Of a stretch of DNA of 64,000 nt, positions 58,497 to 64,000 are shown piece by piece (within the stretch, counting starts at the first letter, position 1; the number at the start of each line of letters is the position of its first letter). The position numbers and the translations under genes were made by a program. The notes under the pieces were generated by a model. It saw only the letters and a list, made by a program, of their open reading frames with translations, had not been told where the DNA came from and did not search any database. This DNA is from Oopsacas minuta (lineage: Eukaryota > Animalia > Porifera): positions 744,001 through 808,000 of the forward strand of contig JAKMXF010000133.1 of NCBI GenBank assembly GCA_024704765.1, read 5' to 3'.

Positions 58497-59221
58497 TATA
58501 AAAGAGAATGAAAGCAACAAGTAGCATTATATACGCGTCAAATATAGTAACAATGGTAAGACAAGGAATGTGCACGAAGAACCCGGAGAAATATTTGATT
58601 GATACGAATAATAACCAAGGAAAACAAACCTTCGAAAGAATGCACCAGGCACTGTCATATTACTAGGAATACATAAACGAGAAAACACGGAATCAAATAC
58701 ATGAACTTAAAAGAGTAGAACATCATCAAAAAGCATGATAAAGAACAAATGAAATACGGAAAGTAAACAAAGTTAACAATATGAAGATTTATAATACACT
58801 CGTTTTGAGTAAAATGCACAACACATCAATAAGCTGTTTAGTATTAGTACCTTTCAAGTAAGATTGAACTGTAACCCTTTTCGGGTACAATTTACCTCTC
58901 TCATGGACAATTGATCTCTTTCGTGTACAATTAACATCTCTAGTCTACTATCATCCCTTTTCGTGTACAATTAATGTTTATAATTTTTTCTTTCTTATAT
59001 TTCTTATTCATTTAATTTCTTTATTCCTTTTCCTTCTATTTGATTCTAATTTTCATTTTAAATTTAATTCATTCTTTTAAGCAACACAGAACAAATAAGT
59101 GCATATCACCCCTAATAATCACGATACGATAATATAAGCAAGAAGATAATAGGTTGATATAATAAGTGATTTAGATGCTCAGATACAATTAGAATAATAA
59201 GTTCCACAACCGATTACTATC

Positions 59222-59881
59222 TCAGTTGCTGATTACCTTAGCTCCAACCCATTTAGGGACAGATACGGGAACATAATCATCAGCATCCTCATTCTCAGGA
59301 GGAGGCTGCTCTTCTAGCACATATTGTCCCTCCTGTCTGCTATCATTCTGTTCGAATGAGTACACAGCTTGTCCTTGTGGTTGATCCTGCAGGAAGGTGG
59401 CTTGCAGTGTGATACCGTTAGTATGCACTAATCTCCCCTCCCCTTCTCTCCTACCGTTAGCCCAAGCACCCTCATATCTGCTCTTAGTATCATTCCAAGT
59501 ATATACACCCTGTCCGTGTCTCTTGTCGTCAAACCATTCACCTTCAAATATATCCCCATTTGTATAGGTGTATAAACCGGACCCATGGCGCTTGTTCTCT
59601 ACCCATGACCCTTCGTATTTGGACCCGTCAGGGTAGATGAAAGTACCTTGTCCATGCTTCTTGTTTTCTACATATTCACCGTCGTATCGAGCCCCATTCT
59701 TGAACCTGTACTTACCCAATCCGTGACGCTTACCAAACTGGTATTTACCTTCAAAAGAGTCCTTGTTTGAAAATGTTGCTTTTCCATGTCCGTGTCTTTC
59801 ATCTTTCTCATTTCTCTCCCCTTCGTAGCTGCCTAAGTCAGGCTCTTGATCCTCAATCGCATCAGATTCGTCTTCAGACAT
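59222..59881 (-). CDS. RSPH1: Radial spoke head 1 homolog (MORN-repeat ciliary protein), single exon
   Basis: Acidic N-terminus, DLGSYEGERNEKDERHGHGKA, tandem MORN repeats (HGQGTFIYPDGSKYEGSW), acidic Pro-rich end followed by PKW. Confidence 0.9.
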   Translation of the reverse strand: MSEDESDAIEDQEPDLGSYEGERNEKDERHGHGKATFSNKDSFEGKYQFGKRHGLGKYRFKNGARYDGEYVENKKHGQGTFIYPDGSKYEGSWVENKRHGSGLYTYTNGDIFEGEWFDDKRHGQGVYTWNDTKSRYEGAWANGRREGEGRLVHTNGITLQATFLQDQPQGQAVYSFEQNDSRQEGQYVLEEQPPPENEDADDYVPVSVPKWVGAKVISN

Positions 59882-60384
59882 TCCAAAAGCTTAGTTTAGC
59901 AACGAAACTAAATTCGTAATAATTAGTAAACTGATTTATAAAATCAAAGTTCCGAAAAAAAAATGGGCCAAAACCTAAGCCAATGGAGGATCCAGGGTGA
60001 TGGATACCCTAACACCTCCTAAATATTTTACACTATCTGGAATCATTGTGATATTGAATGCATTGAAATTTTGGCTCAAATTACAAACAGTAACATTACG
60101 GCTCACATCTACCTAATCTCATATAATATCCCCAATATCCCAGGTATTGGGGATTGATCTACGATCGGACGGTGCTGGGGCAGTAATAATAGATTTATCT
60201 TCATGCCTTCTCCCACGCCAATTTCTAGAAATCAAATCATGGATGATAACAAGTAATCTATTTTACATGACCTCATGGGTTTATTACATAAATCACGCCT
60301 TATGATACTTAGCAAAATATATGTACAGAAATGTTAAAATAAATATTTAAACACATACATTGACATCTCGTCTTGAAAATAGCA

Positions 60385-62286
60385 CTAGTTAGAATCAGTC
60401 TCCACACCACTAACACTCTCCAGTTCATCTAGAAGAGGACCATCAGATCGCCTCCAGTGTATTGTTGGGGAAAATTTCTGAGGCCAAATTTTCATAAAGA
60501 TTACTGGAATAGTTCTCCATTTGAATTTATAACAGAAGAATATGGGTATAGGTAATAGGGTAGATAGAGTTATCAAAGATCCTAAGAAAGAAGCCCAGAC
60601 TGGATAAGGAGTTTTGATTTCAGTTAAGTTCGAGAATCGAGTGTACTCGATATTGGAGAGGATTTGAGAAATACAACTCCCAACAAATACTACCATCATT
60701 ATTATCGGACAAATAACTATCCACAAACTTCTCCATAGCCAGAGAGAAAATAATCTAAAACGCCGATTATTCCTGAGAGATTTAAAACATTGCCTTCCAG
60801 TAGGTTTGTAATCTATACTCCTCCAAGTAATCAACTTTTCTACTCCATAAAACCAGCTGATTGCTATCAATTCAAAGAACGCTACTAGAAATATAGAAAA
60901 TGAACCAGAAAATTGATCAACGAGTTGGAATAGATAAGGGCCATTTCCAAAAGTGAATATACATCCCACAAGGAACATTAGAATACATATCAGACCAGTA
61001 ATCAAACTCTTGTGTAGCTTCTTGAGATAAGGTAAGGAGTGTGCAACTTGGACTAGGGATTCAACACCTGCGAACATTGAATCCAACCCTAGAGACACCA
61101 TCATGATAAAGAATAGAACACTCCATAGAGGGCTCAGAGGCATCTCAAGAAGAGCAGAAGCAAATGCAATAAAAACCAATCCTGGACCTCCCACGATATC
61201 ACTCACACTCGTACCTAAGATAAAGCTCTGATACCCGAGGATACTGAACACTACAATACTAGCGTAAATAGAGGTTAGAGAGTTTACGATTGAGACGAAT
61301 ATAGCGTCTAAAAACACACTAGCATTCTGGTCCAGATGTGAGGCTAAGAGGATGTTACCACCGAATCCCAGACCCAAACTGAAGAATATCTGTCCTCCAG
61401 CCTCCAGCCACACCTGTGGGGAGTATAGACTCTCTATTCGAGGTGTGAAGAGTTCCAACAATCCATTCCCTGCCCCCGGTAGAGTTACGGCCCTAAAGAA
61501 CATTATAGTGAGTACAACATATGGTAACAGAGCTGTGACGTAGACTACTTTACCAGTAGACTTGATACCTGCGAAACTACAGATATATAATACTATCCAA
61601 GCAGTTAACAAAAGCAGTAGAAGTTTCCAGTTGAAACTACCAATATCCTCAATACTGGGACTAGCCTGTAAAACAGTGAGATAATAGAAGAATCTAGAAG
61701 ATTCATTGAGACATGTCTGTGAAGCTATTGGTAGCAGCTGTCTAGATATAGAGTCATTTACTCCACAGAATGTGCTGCCCCAAGCAGGAGGGTTCTGGAA
61801 ACTAGCGAACAGATAGTAGAGAACATATGCTAATATAAGCATGTAATAAAATGACGTGTATATTATTAGAACAATCATAGACAAGCCGATACCACCTAGA
61901 GAGGGGACGAGTCGATAGAGGGCGTGAAGAGGACCTGACTGGACTACTTTACCTACTAACAACTCAAGATAATAGATCGGAATTCCTAACGTCAATAGCA
62001 TCACTAGGTAAGGGAAGAGAAAAGTCCCGCCCCCGTTTTTTTGGCATAAATAAGAAAAGCGCCATAAATTCCCAAAACCAACAGCTAATCCGATAAGAGA
62101 GAGCTGGAATTCTACACGGTTAGACCAACGATCTTTCTTAGCTCTGGGAGTTATTTTATTAGCATCAGTTTTAACTGAAACATTCACATCTTCATCCCCA
62201 GTTGAATCGCTACCTAGCTCAGGGTATAGATCTTTACTGGAGAGTTTGGTATCCGTTTCTTCTCCAGCAGGAGGCACTTTTTCCAT
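60385..62286 (-). CDS. SLC6 Na+/Cl- dependent neurotransmitter/amino-acid transporter (most like the SLC6A15-20 group), single exon
   Basis: RWSNRVEFQLSLIGLAVGFGNLWRFSYLCQKNGGGTFLFPY, GIPIYYLE, KSTGKVVY, VWLEAGGQIFFSLGLGFG, GPGLVFI, SPLWSVLFFIMMVSLGLDSMF; about 12 hydrophobic segments. Confidence 0.93.
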   Translation of the reverse strand: MEKVPPAGEETDTKLSSKDLYPELGSDSTGDEDVNVSVKTDANKITPRAKKDRWSNRVEFQLSLIGLAVGFGNLWRFSYLCQKNGGGTFLFPYLVMLLTLGIPIYYLELLVGKVVQSGPLHALYRLVPSLGGIGLSMIVLIIYTSFYYMLILAYVLYYLFASFQNPPAWGSTFCGVNDSISRQLLPIASQTCLNESSRFFYYLTVLQASPSIEDIGSFNWKLLLLLLTAWIVLYICSFAGIKSTGKVVYVTALLPYVVLTIMFFRAVTLPGAGNGLLELFTPRIESLYSPQVWLEAGGQIFFSLGLGFGGNILLASHLDQNASVFLDAIFVSIVNSLTSIYASIVVFSILGYQSFILGTSVSDIVGGPGLVFIAFASALLEMPLSPLWSVLFFIMMVSLGLDSMFAGVESLVQVAHSLPYLKKLHKSLITGLICILMFLVGCIFTFGNGPYLFQLVDQFSGSFSIFLVAFFELIAISWFYGVEKLITWRSIDYKPTGRQCFKSLRNNRRFRLFSLWLWRSLWIVICPIIMMVVFVGSCISQILSNIEYTRFSNLTEIKTPYPVWASFLGSLITLSTLLPIPIFFCYKFKWRTIPVIFMKIWPQKFSPTIHWRRSDGPLLDELESVSGVETDSN

Positions 62287-62588
62287 TTGACGTATCTGAC
62301 AAAAGATATTAGCATTCTGAAAGGCATTTCATGTCAATTCACTGAGTCAATATTGTCTCAGAATCATTCGAAAATTTGTACATTACAGAGTCTATCTTTT
62401 AAGAAAATTTAACAAAACTTTTAGCACTCAAGCGCTTCATGAAGCTAAGTTATTACGCTTACATATTCCCTTTGTTAAAACTATTGAATTTTTTAACTAC
62501 ACAACTAGTAAAATGTGGATTGCACACTCTGTGACCAAAGAATTATCCATAAATTGGGAAAATACAAATAAAAACTTTCTGATTAAGT

Positions 62589-62791
62589 AAACTGCATGTA
62601 CCTGTTCAAGACGAGTGTCATTGGACTTAAGAGATCCTCTCCCGAGGTATTAAAAAGTCGAGTACGCATGCTCACAGAGTCCACGTCACGATTACAACGA
62701 TCGAAGAAATAAAGTCGAATTTTTAATACCTCGGGAGGGAGGGGATCTCCTATGTCCAATGACACAAGTCTTGAACACGTACATGCAGTTT
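62589..62791. mobile_element. ~200-bp MITE with ~75-bp inverted arms
   Basis: AAACTGCATGTACCTGTTCAAGAC...GTCTTGAACACGTACATGCAGTTT; superfamily not determined. Confidence 0.7.
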
Positions 62792-63652
62792 AACTAATGG
62801 ACATGTCCACTGTACTCCTTACCCGGAATTACTCCTTAACCGTGTCGTATTAACGAGACTCTATTGATATATATGTTTGTATGTCCAGAATTGATTGAAG
62901 CTGGAGGACCCACAGGGCTGATTTTTGGCATACAAGGGTATTTTGGCCTGGCTGGGGCAACTTCGAGTCTTGAATGAATATTCACACCATGACAAAATTA
63001 TGACGTCATTGTCACCTTTTGGGTTTTCGAAAAATCACATTATTCACCACTACCCAGCCAATATACATGATAGAAATTTGAATCTCAGGTACCCCTCAAT
63101 GTGACAAATGTCCTGGCGTTATGATTCTGACCAAAAGCTAACTCATCACGGGATTATTACGTCATTATGATTGTATTTCGAAAAATTCAGAATTTCTTAA
63201 TACCCGAGGCACAAAGTGCCGAGATTACTAACAAAAAGCGACATAACAACTCCAGTGTCACCACAGAAGGCCAGTGAATGTAATTTGGATGGACCATGGA
63301 TAATAAAATCGAACTATCAGTATCCCATTTGATTACCCCTGACAAAAAGTTGGAACGAAATCTCTAGCATCATGTTGAAATAGATCCAAGAGGTGTGAAA
63401 AATATGATAAATCTTGTGAAAATCTGTGAATTAGTAACTTCCAGACTCTCAAAATCTCAAAATCGGACTCTATGCACCCACCCTGAAAAACATGTTGAAG
63501 CCTAATATCTTGATGTTTTTTAATCATATTTAGAAAGGTGTGATAATATGATTTACCACAAAAATGCGAGAAAATTTCGAAAATTTTTACCCAAGGTGCA
63601 CATCTACGACCCATAATGTACTATATGTGTAACAATTTCATGTTAATCAGAC

Positions 63653-63747
63653 TGCTAGATTTCGCACGGGCGGACAAATGGACGTCGCACTTGTCCATGC
63701 CATTAGGGCTGCGTCCGTCCTTCCGCGATGCCGTGCGAAATCTAGCA
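63653..63747. other. 95-bp GC-rich foldback with a perfect 17-bp terminal inverted repeat
   Basis: TGCTAGATTTCGCACGG...CCGTGCGAAATCTAGCA, with further internal pairing (GGAC...GGACG / CGTCCGTCC). No TSD seen. Confidence 0.55.
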
Positions 63748-64000
63748 ATGCGATAGAAAATTAAAATTTATATACATTTTGGGTCGGAGATTTGTCATCT
63801 CAGGTGTGAATGGTTCTAAAGTGAAATTTTTATATCGCATATGAAGATTCCAATTTTGATATTTTCAAATCTATATCTACATGATTTTTATGAGTGTGAA
63901 GTTGGCAGCGAAATAAATCGAGCACACTTTAACACGTTATAATTATGTGACCAATGAATCTAAAGAGATGCCACTTAGACTATATCAATACTAGCCTAGG

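Overview
AT-rich, gene-dense nuclear DNA from an animal. The compact layout and gene content suggest an early-branching metazoan such as a sponge, but this is inference only. Recognisable genes: a CDKL kinase, SNX17, a spliced ARHGAP22/24/25-type PH-RhoGAP, a 3-exon DNase II, USP24, ZC3H15, MARS1, RPS21, RSPH1, an SLC6 transporter, tRNA-Ser(AGA) and tRNA-Gly(TCC). USP24 is a 25-kb multi-exon gene on the minus strand, and two of its consecutive introns carry intronless antisense genes (a type II DGK and GMPPB). Two proteins have unusual architectures: three Cys/His-rich repeats plus a degenerate NADAR domain, and a coiled coil plus DUSP domain with no protease domain. The most striking accessory signal is two distinct decayed RAG1-like/Transib transposons. 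One (16156-17133) keeps both ends, each starting with the canonical RSS heptamer CACAGTG, with an asymmetric 12/22-nt spacing to a shared motif and a remnant C-terminal zinc knuckle. The other (49711-~51400) keeps all three DDE residues and a CACAATG end with a nonamer-like motif. There are also a Chapaev3-like relic, many MITEs (Tc1/pogo, hAT, Mutator-like), a minisatellite-bearing palindromic element and a near-perfect 32-bp hairpin. All calls come from reading the sequence by eye. Family motifs are quoted from memory, no database search was run, and exon coordinates were hand-derived.
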